A stretch of DNA of 64,000 nt from NCBI GenBank assembly GCA_964057225.1, contig OZ059898.1, positions 20,770,001-20,834,000 of the forward strand, given 5' to 3'. Position 1 is the first letter of the stretch; each line of letters starts with the position of its first letter. The position numbers were made by a program, and so were the translations under genes. Source of the stretch: Auanema rhodensis. Its lineage: Eukaryota; Animalia; Nematoda. Of this stretch, positions 26,501-42,241 are shown piece after piece. The notes under the pieces are model-generated. The model was not told the DNA's origin, made no database searches, and was given only the letters and a program-made list of their open reading frames with translations.

Positions 26501-29500
26501 CTAAAAACAAATTTTTATTGATATTGGTTCATGGTAACCATGACTTTGAAATTTACGTGAACTTTAATTTATGCTAATTAAATGTACACGTGATGTGCAC
26601 TTGGTATGTAACTCGCTTCACGTGAAAGATAAAGAGATGCGGTTTTCAAAATTAGATTCCCCATGTCCATATTAGTCTAAAAACAAATTGTTATTGATAT
26701 TGGTTCATGGTAACCATGACTTTGAAATTTACGTGAACTTTAATTTATGCTAATTAAATGTACACGTCATGTGCACTTGGTATGTAACTCGCTTCACGTG
26801 AAAGATAAAGAGATGCGGTTTTCAAAATTAGATTCCCCATGTCCATATTAGTCTAAAAACAAATTTTTATTGATACTGGTTCATGGTAACCATGACTTTG
26901 AAATTTACGTGAACTTTAATTTATGCTAATTAAATGTACACGTGATGTGCACTTGGTATGTAACTCGCTTCACGTGAAAGATAAAGAGATGCGGTTTTCA
27001 AAATCAGATTCCCCATGTCCATATTAGTCTAAAAACAAATTTTTATTGATATTGGTTCATGGTAACCATGACTTTGAAATTTACGTGAACTTTAATTTAT
27101 GCTAATTAAATGTACACGTGATGTGCACTTGGTATGTAACTCGCTTCACGTGAAAGATAAAGAGATGCGGTTTTCAAAATTAGATTCCCCATGTCCATAT
27201 TAGTCTAAAAACAAATTGTTATTGATATTGGTTCATGGTAACCATGACTTTGAAATTTACGTGAACTTTAATTTATGCTAATTAAATGTACACGTCATGT
27301 GCACTTGGTATGTAACTCGCTTCACGTGAAAGATAAAGAGATGCGGTTTTCAAAATTAGATTCCCCATGTCCATATTAGTCTAAAAACAAATTTTTATTG
27401 ATATTGGTGCATGGTAACCATGACTTTGAAATTTACGTGAACTTTAATTTATGCTAATTAAATGTACACGTGATGTGCACTTGGTATGTAACTAGCTTCA
27501 CGTAAAAGATAAAGAGATGCGGTTTTCAAAATTAGATTTCCCATGTCCATATTAGTCTAAAAACAAATTTTTATTGATACTGGTTCATGGTAACCATGAC
27601 TTTGAAATTTACGTGAACTTTAATTTATGCTAATTAAATGTACACGTGATGTGCACTTGGTATGTAACTAGCTTCACGTAAAAGATAAAGAGATGCGGTT
27701 TTCAAAATTAGATTTCCCATGTCCATATTAGTCTAAAAACAAATTTTTATTGATACTGGTTCATGGTAACCATGACTTTGAAATTTACGTGAACTTTAAT
27801 TTATGCTAATTAAATGTACACGTGATGTGCACTTGGTATGTAACTCGCTTCACGTGAAAGATAAAGAGATGCGGTTTTCAAAATTAGATTCCCCATGTCC
27901 ATATTAGTCTAAAAACAAATTTTTATTGATATTGGTTCATGGTAACCATGACTTTGAAATTTACGTGAACTTTAATTTATGCTAATTAAATGTACACGTG
28001 ATGTGCACTTGGTATGTAACTCGCTTCACGTGAAAGATAAAGAGATGCGGTTTTCAAAATTAGATTCCCCATGTCCATATTAGTCTAAAAACAAATTGTT
28101 ATTGATATTGGTTCATGGTAACCATGACTTTGAAATTTACGTGAACTTTAATTTATGCTAATTAAATGTACACGTCATGTGCACTTGGTATGTAACTAGC
28201 TTCACGTAAAAGATAAAGAGATGGGGTTTTCAAAATTAGATTTCCCATGTCCATATTAGTCTAAAAACAAATTTTTATTGATATTGGTTCATGGTAACCA
28301 TGACTTTGAAATTTACGTGAACTTTAATTTATGCTAATTAAATGTACACGTGATGTGCACTTGGTATGTAACTAGCTTCACGTAAAAGATAAAGAGATGC
28401 GGTTTTCAAAATTAGATTTCCCATGTCCATATTAGTCTAAAAACAAATTTTTATTGATACTGGTTCATGGTAACCATGACTTTGAAATTTACGTGAACTT
28501 TAATTTATGCTAATTAAATGTACACGTGATGTGCACTTGGTATGTAACTCGCTTCACGTGAAAGATAAAGAGATGCGGTTTTCAAAATTAGATTTCCCAT
28601 GTCCATATTAGTCTAAAAACAAATTTTTATTGATACTGGTTCATGGTAACCATGACTTTGAAATTTACGTGAACTTTAATTTATGCTAATTAAATGTACA
28701 CGTGATGTGCACTTGGTATGTAACTCGCTTCACGTGAAAGATAAAGAGATGCGGTTTTCAAAATTAGATTCCCCATGTCCATATTAGTCTAAAAACAAAT
28801 TTTTATTGATATTGGTTCATGGTAACCATGACTTTGAAATTTACGTGAACTTTAATTTATGCTAATTAAATGTACACGTGATGTGCACTTGGTATGTAAC
28901 TCGCTTCACGTGAAAGATAAAGAGATGCGGTTTTCAAAATTAGATTCCCCATGTCCATATTAGTCTAAAAACAAATTGTTATTGATATTGGTTCATGGTA
29001 ACCATGACTTTGAAATTTACGTGAACTTTAATTTATGCTAATTAAATGTACACGTCATGTGCACTTGGTATGTAACTCGCTTCACGTGAAAGATAAAGAG
29101 ATGCGGTTTTCAAAATTAGATTCCCCATGTCCATATTAGTCTAAAAACAAATTTTTATTGATATTGGTGCATGGTAACCATGACTTTGAAATTTACGTGA
29201 ACTTTAATTTATGCTAATTAAATGTACACGTGATGTGCACTTGGTATGTAACTCGCTTCACGTGAAAGATAAAGAGATGCGGTTTTCGAAATTAGATTCC
29301 CCATGTCCATATTAGTCTAAAAACAAATTTTTATTGATATTGGTTCATGGTAACCATGACTTTGAAATTTACGTGAACTTTAATTTATGCTAATTAAATG
29401 TACACGTGATGTGCACTTGGTATGTAACTCGCTTCACGTGAAAGATAAAGAGATGCGATTTTCAAAATTAGATTCCCCATGTCCATTTTAGTCTAAAAAC

Positions 29501-30978
29501 AAATTTTTATTGATATTGGTTCATGGTAACCATGACTTTGAAATTTACGTGAACTTTAATTTATGCTAATTAAATGTACACGTGATGTGCACTTGGTATG
29601 TAACTCGCTTCACGTGAAAGATAAAGAGATGCGGTTTTCAAAATTAGATTCCCCATGTCCATATTAGTCTAAAAACAAATTTTTATTGATATTGGTTCAT
29701 GGTAACCATGACTTTGAAATTTACGTGAACTTTAATTTATGCTAATTAAATGTACACGTGATGTGCACTTGGTATGTAACTCGCTTCACGTGAAAGATAA
29801 AGAGATGCGGTTTTCAAAATTAGATTCCCCATGTCCATATTAGTCTAAAAACAAATTTTTATTGATATTGGTTCATGGTAACCATGACTTTGAAATTTAC
29901 GTGAACTTTAATTTATGCTAATTAAATGTACACGTGATGTGCACTTGGTATGTAACTCGCTTTACGTGAAAGATAAAGAGATGCGGTTTTCAAAATTAGA
30001 TTCCCCATGTCCATATTAGTCTAAAAACAAATTTTTATTGATATTGGTGCATGGTAACCATGACTTTGAAATTTACGTGAACTTTAATTTATGCTAATTA
30101 AATGTACACGTGATGTGCACTTGGTATGTAACTAGCTTCACGTAAAAGATAAAGAGATGCGGTTTTCAAAATTAGATTTCCCATGTCCATATTAGTCTAA
30201 AAACAAATTTTTATTGATACTGGTTCATGGTAACCATGACTTTGAAATTTACGTGAACTTTAATTTATGCTAATTAAATGTACACGTGATGTGCACTTGG
30301 TATGTAACTAGCTTCACGTAAAAGATAAAGAGATGCGGTTTTCAAAATTAGATTTCCCATGTCCATATTAGTCTAAAAACAAATTTTTATTGATACTGGT
30401 TCATGGTAACCATGACTTTGAAATTTACGTGAACTTTAATTTATGCTAATTAAATGTACACGTGATGTGCACTTGGTATGTAACTCGCTTCACGTGAAAG
30501 ATAAAGAGATGCGGTTTTCAAAATTAGATTTCCCATGTCCATATTAGTCTAAAAACAAATTTTTATTGATACTGGTTCATGGTAACCATGACTTTGAAAT
30601 TTACGTGAACTTTAATTTATGCTAATTAAATGTACACGTGATGTGCACTTGGTATGTAACTCGCTTCACGTGAAAGATAAAGAGATGCGGTTTTCAAAAT
30701 TAGATTCCCCATGTCCATATTAGTCTAAAAACAAATTTTTATTGATACTGGTTCATGGTAACCATGACTTTGAAATTTACGTGAACTTTAATTTATGCTA
30801 ATTAAATGTACACGTGATGTGCACTTGGTATGTAACTCGCTTCACGTGAAAGATAAAGAGATGCGGTTTTCAAAATTAGATTTCCCATGTCCATATTAGT
30901 CTAAAAACAAATTTTTATTGATACTGGTTCATGGTAACCATGACTTTGAAATTTACGTGAACTTTAATTTATGCTAAT

Positions 30979-33900
30979 TAAATGTACACGTGATGTGCAC
31001 TTGGTATGTAACTCGCTTCACGTGAAAGATAAAGAGATGCGGTTTTCGAAATTAGATTCCCCATGTCCATATTAGTCTAAAAACAAATTTTTATTGATAT
31101 TGGTTCATGGTAACCATGACTTTGAAATTTACGTGAACTTTAATTTATCCTAATTAAATGTACACGTGATGTGCACTTGGTATGTAACTCGCTTCACGTG
31201 AAAGATAAAGAGATGCGATTTTCAAAATTAGATTCCCCATGTCCATTTTAGTCTAAAAACAAATTTTTATTGATATTGGTTCATGGTAACCATGACTTTG
31301 AAATTTACGTGAACTTTAATTTATGCTAATTAAATGTACACGTGATGTGCACTTGGTATGTAACTCGCTTCACGTGAAAGATAAAGAGATGCGGTTTTCA
31401 AAATTAGATTCCCCATGTCCATATTAGTCTAAAAACAAATTTTTATTGATATTGGTTCATGGTAACCATGACTTTGAAATTTACGTGAACTTTAATTTAT
31501 GCTAATTAAATGTACACGTGATGTGCACTTGGTATGTAACTCGCTTCACGTGAAAGATAAAGAGATGCGGTTTTCAAAATTAGATTCCCCATGTCCATAT
31601 TAGTCTAAAAACAAATTTTTATTGATATTGGTTCATGGTAACCATGACTTTGAAATTTACGTGAACTTTAATTTATGCTAATTAAATGTACACGTGATGT
31701 GCACTTGGTATGTAACTCGCTTCACGTGAAAGATAAAGAGATGCGGTTTTCAAAATTAGATTCCCCATGTCCATATTAGTCTAAAAACAAATTTTTATTG
31801 ATATTGGTGCATGGTAACCATGACTTTGAAATTTACGTGAACTTTAATTTATGCTAATTAAATGTACACGTGATGTGCACTTGGTATGTAACTAGCTTCA
31901 CGTAAAAGATAAAGAGATGCGGTTTTCAAAATTAGATTTCCCATGTCCATATTAGTCTAAAAACAAATTTTTATTGATACTGGTTCATGGTAACCATGAC
32001 TTTGAAATTTACGTGAACTTTAATTTATACTAATTAAATGTACACGTGATGTGCACTTGGTATGTAACTCGCTTCACGTGAAAGATAAAGAGATGCGGTT
32101 TTCAAAATTAGATTTCCCATGTCCATATTAGTCTAAAAACAAATTTTTATTGATATTGGTTCATGGTAACCATGACTTTGAAATTTACGTGAACTTTAAT
32201 TTATGCTAATTAAATGTACACGTGATGTGCACTTGGTATGTAACTCGCTTCACGTGAAAGATAAAGAGATGCGGTTTCCAAAATTAGATTCCCCATGTCC
32301 ATATTAGTCTAATTACAAATTTTTATTGATATTGGTTCATGGTAACCATGACTTTGAAATTTACGTGAACTTTAATTTATGCTAATTAAATGTACACGTG
32401 ATGTGCACTTGGTATGTAACTCGCTTCACGTGAAAGATAAAGAGATGCGGTTTTCAAAATTAGATTCCCCATGTCCATATTAGTCTAAAAACAAATTTTT
32501 ATTGATATTGGTTCATGGTCACCATGACTTTGAAATTTACGTGAACTTTAATTTATGCTAATTAAATGTACACGTGATGTGCACTTGGTATGTAACTCGC
32601 TTCACGTGAAAGATAAAGAGATGCGGTTTTCAAAATTAGATTCCCCATGTCCATATTAGTCTAAAAACAAATTGTTATTGATATTGGTTCATGGTAACCA
32701 TGACTTTGAAATTTACGTGAACTTTAATTTATGCTAATTAAATGTACACGTCATGTGCACTTGGTATGTAACTCGCTTCACGTGAAAGATAAAGAGATGC
32801 GGTTTTCAAAATTAGATTCCCCATGTCCATATTAGTCTAGAAACAAATTTTTATTGATATTGGTGCATGGTAACCATGACTTTGAAATTTACGTGAACTT
32901 TAATTTATGCTAATTAAATGTACACGTGATGTGCACTTGGTATGTAACTCGCTTCACGTGAAAGATAAAGAGATGCGGTTTTCAAAATTAGATTCCCCAT
33001 GTCCATATTAGTCTAAAAACAAATTTTTATTGATATTGGTTCATGGTAACCATGACTTTGAAATTTACGTGAACTTTAATTTATGCTAATTAAATGTACA
33101 CGTGATGTGCACTTGGTATGTAACTAGCTTCACGTAAAAGATAAAGAGATGCGGTTTTCAAAATTAGATTTCCCATGTCCATATTAGTCTAAAAACAAAT
33201 TTTTATTGATACTGGTTCATGGTAACCATGACTTTGAAATTTACGTGAACTTTAATTTATGCTAATTAAATGTACACGTGATGTGCACTTGGTATGTAAC
33301 TAGCTTCACGTAAAAGATAAAGAGATGCGGTTTTCAAAATTAGATTTCCCATGTCCATATTAGTCTAAAAACAAATTTTTATTGATACTGGTTCATGGTA
33401 ACCATGACTTTGAAATTTACGTGAACTTTAATTTATGCTAATTAAATGTACACGTGATGTGCACTTGGTATGTAACTCGCTTCACGTAAAAGATAAAGAG
33501 ATGCGGTTTTCAAAATTAGATTTCCCATGTCCATATTAGTCTAAAAACAAATTTTTATTGATATTGGTTCATGGTAACCATGACTTTGAAATTTACGTGA
33601 ACTTCAATTTATGCTAATTAAATGTACACGTGATGTGCACTTGGTATGTAACTCGCTTCACGTGAAAGATAAAGAGATGCGGTTTTCAAAATTAGATTCC
33701 CCATGTCCATATTAGTCTAAAAACAAATTGTTATTGATATTGGTTCATGGTAACCATGACTTTGAAATTTACGTGAACTTTAATTTATGCTAATTAAATG
33801 TACACGTCATGTGCACTTGGTATGTAACTCGCTTCACGTGAAAGATAAAGAGATGCGGTTTTCAAAATTAGATTCCCCATGTCCATATTAGTCTAAAAAC

Positions 33901-35906
33901 AAATTTTTATTGATATTGGTGCATGGTAACCATGACTTTGAAATTTACGTGAACTTTAATTTATGCTAATTAAATGTACACGTGATGTGCACTTGGTATG
34001 TAACTCGCTTCACGTGAAAGATAAAGAGATGCGGTTTTCGAAATTAGATTCCCCATGTCCATATTAGTCTAAAAACAAATTTTTATTGATATTCGTTCAT
34101 GGTAACCATGACTTTGAAATTTACGTGAACTTTAATTTATGCTAATTAAATGTACACGTGATGTGCACTTGGTATGTAACTCGCTTCACGTGAAAGATAA
34201 AGAGATGCGATTTTCAAAATTAGATTCCCCATGTCCATTTTAGTCTAAAAACAAATTTTTATTGATATTGGTTCATGGTAACCATGACTTTGAAATTTAC
34301 GTGAACTTTAATTTATGCTAATTAAATGTACACGTGATGTGCACTTGGTATGTAACTCGCTTCACGTGAAAGATAAAGAGATGCGGTTTTCAAAATTAGA
34401 TTCCCCATGTCCATATTAGTCTAAAAACAAATTTTTATTGATATTGGTTCATGGTAACCATGACTTTGAAATTTACGTGAACTTTAATTTATGCTAATTA
34501 AATGTACACGTGATGTGCACTTGGTATGTAACTCGCTTCACGTGAAAGATAAAGAGATGCGGTTTTCAAAATTAGATTCCCCATGTCCATATTAGTCTAA
34601 AAACAAATTTTTATTGATATTGGTTCATGGTAACCATGACTTTGAAATTTACGTGAACTTTAATTTATGCTAATTAAATGTACACGTGATGTGCACTTGG
34701 TATGTAACTCGCTTCACGTGAAAGATAAAGAGATGCGGTTTTCAAAATTAGATTCCCCATGTCCATATTAGTCTAAAAACAAATTTTTATTGATATTGGT
34801 GCATGGTAACCATGACTTTGAAATTTACGTGAACTTTAATTTATGCTAATTAAATGTACACGTGATGTGCACTTGGTATGTAACTAGCTTCACGTAAAAG
34901 ATAAAGAGATGCGGTTTTCAAAATTAGATTTCCCATGTCCATATTAGTCTAAAAACAAATTTTTATTGATACTGGTTCATGGTAACCATGACTTTGAAAT
35001 TTACGTGAACTTTAATTTATACTAATTAAATGTACACGTGATGTGCACTTGGTATGTAACTCGCTTCACGTGAAAGATAAAGAGATGCGGTTTTCAAAAT
35101 TAGATTTCCCATGTCCATATTAGTCTAAAAACAAATTTTTATTGATATTGGTTCATGGTAACCATGACTTTGAAATTTACGTGAACTTTAATTTATGCTA
35201 ATTAAATGTACACGTGATGTGCACTTGGTATGTAACTCGCTTCACGTGAAAGATAAAGAGATGCGGTTTCCAAAATTAGATTCCCCATGTCCATATTAGT
35301 CTAATTACAAATTTTTATTGATATTGGTTCATGGTAACCATGACTTTGAAATTTACGTGAACTTTAATTTATGCTAATTAAATGTACACGTGATGTGCAC
35401 TTGGTATGTAACTCGCTTCACGTGAAAGATAAAGAGATGCGGTTTTCAAAATTAGATTCCCCATGTCCATATTAGTCTAAAAACAAATTTTTATTGATAT
35501 TGGTTCATGGTCACCATGACTTTGAAATTTACGTGAACTTTAATTTATGCTAATTAAATGTACACGTGATGTGCACTTGGTATGTAACTCGCTTCACGTG
35601 AAAGATAAAGAGATGCGGTTTTCAAAATTAGATTCCCCATGTCCATATTAGTCTAAAAACAAATTGTTATTGATATTGGTTCATGGTAACCATGACTTTG
35701 AAATTTACGTGAACTTTAATTTATGCTAATTAAATGTACACGTCATGTGCACTTGGTATGTAACTCGCTTCACGTGAAAGATAAAGAGATGCGGTTTTCA
35801 AAATTAGATTCCCCATGTCCATATTAGTCTAGAAACAAATTTTTATTGATATTGGTGCATGGTAACCATGACTTTGAAATTTACGTGAACTTTAATTTAT
35901 GCTAAT
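30979..35906 (+). repeat. 11-monomer block (30979-32914) repeated at 33971-35906, offset 17 monomers (2992 bp)
   Basis: Private A102G at 32840 and 35832, with the same haplotype order over 11 monomers. Confidence 0.85.
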
Positions 35907-37313
35907 TAAATGTACACGTGATGTGCACTTGGTATGTAACTAGCTTCACGTAAAAGATAAAGAGATGCGGTTTTCAAAATTAGATTCCCCATGTCCATAT
36001 TAGTCTAAAAACAAATTTTTATTGATACTGGTTCATGGTCACCATGACTTTGAAATTTACGTGAACTTTAATTTATGCTAATTAAATGTACACGTGATGT
36101 GCACTTGGTATGTAACTCGCTTCACGTGAAAGATAAAGAGATGCGGTTTTCAAAATTAGATTCCCCATGTCCATATTAGTCTAAAAACAAATTGTTATTG
36201 ATATTGGTTCATGGTAACCATGACTTTGAAATTTACGTGAACTTTAATTTATGCTAATTAAATGTACACGTGATGTGCACTTGGTATGTAACTAGCTTCA
36301 CGTAAAAGATAAAGAGATGCGGTTTTCAAAATTAGATTCCCCATGTCCATATTAGTCTAAAAACAAATTTTTATTGATACTGGTTCATGGTAACCATGAC
36401 TTTGAAATTTACGTGAACTTTAATTTATACTAATTAAATGTACACGTGATGTGCACTTGGTATGTAACTCGCTTCACGTGAAAGATAAAGAGATGCGGTT
36501 TTCAAAATTAGATTTCCCATGTCCATATCAGTCTAAAAACAAATTTTTATTGATATTGGTTCATGGTAACCATGACTTTGAAATTTACGTGAACTTTAAT
36601 TTATGCTAATTAAATGTACACGTGATGTGCACTTGGTATGTAACTCGCTTCACGTGAAAGATAAAGAGATGCGGTTTCCAAAATTAGATTCCCCATGTCC
36701 ATATTAGTCTAATTACAAATTTTTATTGATATTGGTTCATGGTAACCATGACTTTGAAATTTACGTGAACTTTAATTTATGCTAATTAAATGTACACGTG
36801 ATGTGCACTTGGTATGTAACTCGCTTCACGTGAAAGATAAAGAGATGCGGTTTTCAAAATTAGATTCCCCATGTCCATATTAGTCTAAAAACAAATTTTT
36901 ATTGATATTGGTTCATGGTCACCATGACTTTGAAATTTACGTGAACTTTAATTTATGCTAATTAAATGTACACGTGATGTGCACTTGGTATGTAACTCGC
37001 TTCACGTGAAAGATAAAGAGATGCGGTTTTCAAAATTAGATTCCCCATGTCCATATTAGTCTAAAACAAATTGTTATTGATATTGGTTCATGGTAACCAT
37101 GACTTTGAAATTTACGTGAACTTTAATTTATGCTAATTAAATGTACACGTCATGTGCTCTTGGTATGTAACTCGCTTCACGTGAAAGATAAAGAGATGCG
37201 GTTTTCAAAATTAGATTCCCCATGTCCATATTAGTCTAAAAACAAATTTTTATTGATATTGGTGCATGGTAACCATGACTTTGAAATTTACGTGAACTTT
37301 AATTTATGCTAAT

Positions 37314-40300
37314 TAAATGTACACGTGATGTGCACTTGGTATGTAACTAGCTTCACGTAAAAGATAAAGAGATGCGGTTTTCAAAATTAGATTTCCCATG
37401 TCCATATTAGTCTAAAAACAAATTTTTATTGATACTGGTTCATGGTAACCATGACTTTGAAATTTACGTGAACTTTAATTTATGCTAATTAAATGTACAC
37501 GTGATGTGCACTTGGTATGTAACTAGCTTCACGTAAAAGATAAAGAGATGCGGTTTTCAAAATTAGATTTCCCATGTCCATATTAGTCTAAAAACAAATT
37601 TTTATTGATACTGGTTCATGGTAACCATGACTTTGAAATTTACGTGAACTTTAATTTATGCTAATTAAATGTACACGTGATGTGCACTTGGTATGTAACT
37701 AGCTTCACGTAAAAGATAAAGAGATGCGGTTTTCAAAATTAGATTTCCCATGTCCATATTAGTCTAAAAACAAATTTTTATTGATACTGGTTCATGGTAA
37801 CCATGACTTTGAAATTTACGTGAACTTTAATTTATACTAATTAAATGTACACGTGATGTGCACTTGGTATGTAACTCGCTTCACGTAAAAGATAAAGAGA
37901 TGCGGTTTTCAAAATTAGATTTCCCATGTCCATATTAGTCTAAAAACAAATTTTTATTGATATTGGTTCATGGTAACCATGACTTTGAAATTTACGTGAA
38001 CTTTAATTTATGCTAATTAAATGTACACGTGATGTGCACTTGGTATGTAACTCGCTTCACGTGAAAGATAAAGAGATGCGGTTTTCGAAATTAGATTCCC
38101 CATGTCCATATTAGTCTAAAAACAAATTTTTATTGATATTGGTTCATGGTAACCATGACTTTGAAATTTACGTGAACTTTAATTTATGCTAATTAAATGT
38201 ACACGTGATGTGCACTTGGTATGTAACTCGCTTCACGTGAAAGATAAAGAGATGCGATTTTCAAAATTAGATTCCCCATGTCCATTTTAGTCTAAAAACA
38301 AATTTTTATTGATATTGGTTCATGGTAACCATGACTTTGAAATTTACGTGAACTTTAATTTATGCTAATTAAATGTACACGTGATGTGCACTTGGTATGT
38401 AACTCGCTTCACGTGAAAGATAAAGAGATGCGGTTTTCAAAATTAGATTCCCCATGTCCATATTAGTCTAAAAACAAATTTTTATTGATATTGGTTCATG
38501 GTAACCATGACTTTGAAATTTACGTGAACTTTAATTTATGCTAATTAAATGTACACGTGATGTGCACTTGGTATGTAACTCGCTTCACGTGAAAGATAAA
38601 GAGATGCGGTTTTCAAAATTAGTTTCCCCATGTCCATATTAGTCTAAAAACAAATTTTTATTGATATTGGTTCATGGTCACCATGACTTTGAAATTTACG
38701 TGAACTTTAATTTATGCTAATTAAATGTACACGTGATGTGCACTTGGTATGTAACTCGCTTCACGTGAAAGATAAAGAGATGCGGTTTTCAAAATTAGAT
38801 TCCCCATGTCCATATTAGTCTAAAAACAAATTGTTATTGATACTGGTTCATGGTAACCATGACTTTGAAATTTACGTGAACTTTAATTTATGCTAATTAA
38901 ATGTACACGTCATGTGCACTTGGTATGTAACTCGCTTCACGTGAAAGATAAAGAGATGCGGTTTTCAAAATTAGATTCCCCATGTCCATATTAGTCTAAA
39001 AACAAATTTTTATTGATATTGGTGCATGGTAACCATGACTTTGAAATTTACGTGAATTTTAATTTATGCTAATTAAATGTACACGTGATGTGCACTTGGT
39101 ATGTAACTAGCTTCACGTAAAAGATAAAGAGATGCGGTTTTCAAAATTAGATTTCCCATGTCCATATTAGTCTAAAAACAAATTTTTATTGATACTGGTT
39201 CATGGTAACCATGACTTTGAAATTTACGTGAACTTTAATTTATGCTAATTAAATGTACACGTGATGTGCACTTGGTATGTAACTAGCTTCACGTAAAAGA
39301 TAAAGAGATGCGGTTTTCAAAATTAGATTTCCCATGTCCATATTAGTCTAAAAACAAATTTTTATTGATACTGGTTCATGGTAACCATGACTTTGAAATT
39401 TACGTGAACTTTAATTTATACTAATTAAATGTACACGTGATGTGCACTTGGTATGTAACTCGCTTCACGTAAAAGATAAAGAGATGCGGTTTTCAAAATT
39501 AGATTTCCCATGTCCATATTAGTCTAAAAACAAATTTTTATTGATATTGGTTCATGGTAACCATGACTTTGAAATTTACGTGAACTTTAATTTATGCTAA
39601 TTAAATGTACACGTGATGTGCACTTGGTATGTAACTCGCTTCACGTGAAAGATAAAGAGATGCGGTTTTCGAAATTAGATTCCCCATGTCCATATTAGTC
39701 TAAAAACAAATTTTTATTGATATTGGTTCATGGTAACCATGACTTTGAAATTTACGTGAACTTTAATTTATGCTAATTAAATGTACACGTGATGTGCACT
39801 TGGTATGTAACTAGCTTCACGTAAAAGATAAAGAGATGCGGTTTTCAAAATTAGATTTCCCATGTCCATATTAGTCTAAAAACAAATTTTTATTGATACT
39901 GGTTCATGGTAACCATGACTTTGAAATTTACGTGAACTTTAATTTATGCTAATTAAATGTACACGTGATGTGCACTTGGTATGTAACTAGCTTCACGTAA
40001 AAGATAAAGAGATGCGGTTTTCAAAATTAGATTTCCCATGTCCATATTAGTCTAAAAACAAATTTTTATTGATACTGGTTCATGGTAACCATGACTTTGA
40101 AATTTACGTGAACTTTAATTTATGCTAATTAAATGTACACGTGATGTGCACTTGGTATGTAACTAGCTTCACGTAAAAGATAAAGAGATGCGGTTTTCAA
40201 AATTAGATTTCCCATGTCCATATTAGTCTAAAAACAAATTTTTATTGATACTGGTTCATGGTAACCATGACTTTGAAATTTACGTGAACTTTAATTTATA

Positions 40301-42241
40301 CTAATTAAATGTACACGTGATGTGCACTTGGTATGTAACTCGCTTCACGTAAAAGATAAAGAGATGCGGTTTTCAAAATTAGATTTCCCATGTCCATATT
40401 AGTCTAAAAACAAATTTTTATTGATATTGGTTCATGGTAACCATGACTTTGAAATTTACGTGAACTTTAATTTATGCTAATTAAATGTACACGTGATGTG
40501 CACTTGGTATGTAACTCGCTTCACGTGAAAGATAAAGAGATGCGGTTTTCGAAATTAGATTCCCCATGTCCATATTAGTCTAAAAACAAATTTTTATTGA
40601 TATTGGTTCATGGTAACCATGACTTTGAAATTTACGTGAACTTTAATTTATGCTAATTAAATGTACACGTGATGTGCACTTGGTATGTAACTCGCTTCAC
40701 GTGAAAGATAAAGAGATGCGATTTTCAAAATTAGATTCCCCATGTCCATTTTAGTCTAAAAACAAATTTTTATTGATATTGGTTCATGGTAACCATGACT
40801 TTGAAATTTACGTGAACTTTAATTTATGCTAATTAAATGTACACGTGATGTGCACTTGGTATGTAACTCGCTTCACGTGAAAGATAAAGAGATGCGGTTT
40901 TCAAAATTAGATTCCCCATGTCCATATTAGTCTAAAAACAAATTTTTATTGATATTGGTTCATGGTAACCATGACTTTGAAATTTACGTGAACTTTAATT
41001 TATGCTAATTAAATGTACACGTGATGTGCACTTGGTATGTAACTCGCTTCACGTGAAAGATAAAGAGATGCGGTTTTCAAAATTAGTTTCCCCATGTCCA
41101 TATTAGTCTAAAAACAAATTTTTATTGATATTGGTTCATGGTCACCATGACTTTGAAATTTACGTGAACTTTAATTTATGCTAATTAAATGTACACGTGA
41201 TGTGCACTTGGTATGTAACTCGCTTCACGTGAAAGATAAAGAGATGCGGTTTTCAAAATTAGATTCCCCATGTCCATATTAGTCTAAAAACAAATTGTTA
41301 TTGATACTGGTTCATGGTAACCATGACTTTGAAATTTACGTGAACTTTAATTTATGCTAATTAAATGTACACGTCATGTGCACTTGGTATGTAACTCGCT
41401 TCACGTGAAAGATAAAGAGATGCGGTTTTCAAAATTAGATTCCCCATGTCCATATTAGTCTAAAAACAAATTTTTATTGATATTGGTGCATGGTAACCAT
41501 GACTTTGAAATTTACGTGAATTTTAATTTATGCTAATTAAATGTACACGTGATGTGCACTTGGTATGTAACTAGCTTCACGTAAAAGATAAAGAGATGCG
41601 GTTTTCAAAATTAGATTTCCCATGTCCATATTAGTCTAAAAACAAATTTTTATTGATACTGGTTCATGGTAACCATGACTTTGAAATTTACGTGAACTTT
41701 AATTTATGCTAATTAAATGTACACGTGATGTGCACTTGGTATGTAACTAGCTTCACGTAAAAGATAAAGAGATGCGGTTTTCAAAATTAGATTTCCCATG
41801 TCCATATTAGTCTAAAAACAAATTTTTATTGATACTGGTTCATGGTAACCATGACTTTGAAATTTACGTGAACTTTAATTTATACTAATTAAATGTACAC
41901 GTGATGTGCACTTGGTATGTAACTCGCTTCACGTAAAAGATAAAGAGATGCGGTTTTCAAAATTAGATTTCCCATGTCCATATTAGTCTAAAAACAAATT
42001 TTTATTGATATTGGTTCATGGTAACCATGACTTTGAAATTTACGTGAACTTTAATTTATGCTAATTAAATGTACACGTGATGTGCACTTGGTATGTAACT
42101 CGCTTCACGTGAAAGATAAAGAGATGCGGTTTTCGAAATTAGATTCCCCATGTCCATATTAGTCTAAAAACAAATTTTTATTGATATTGGTTCATGGTAA
42201 CCATGACTTTGAAATTTACGTGAACTTTAATTTATGCTAAT
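37314..42241 (+). repeat. Tandem duplication of a 14-monomer (2464-bp) block
   Basis: 37314-39777 matches 39778-42241 monomer by monomer. Rare A78T+A134C monomers start at 38546 and 41010; G14C+T127G+C160T monomers start at 38898 and 41362. Confidence 0.9.
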
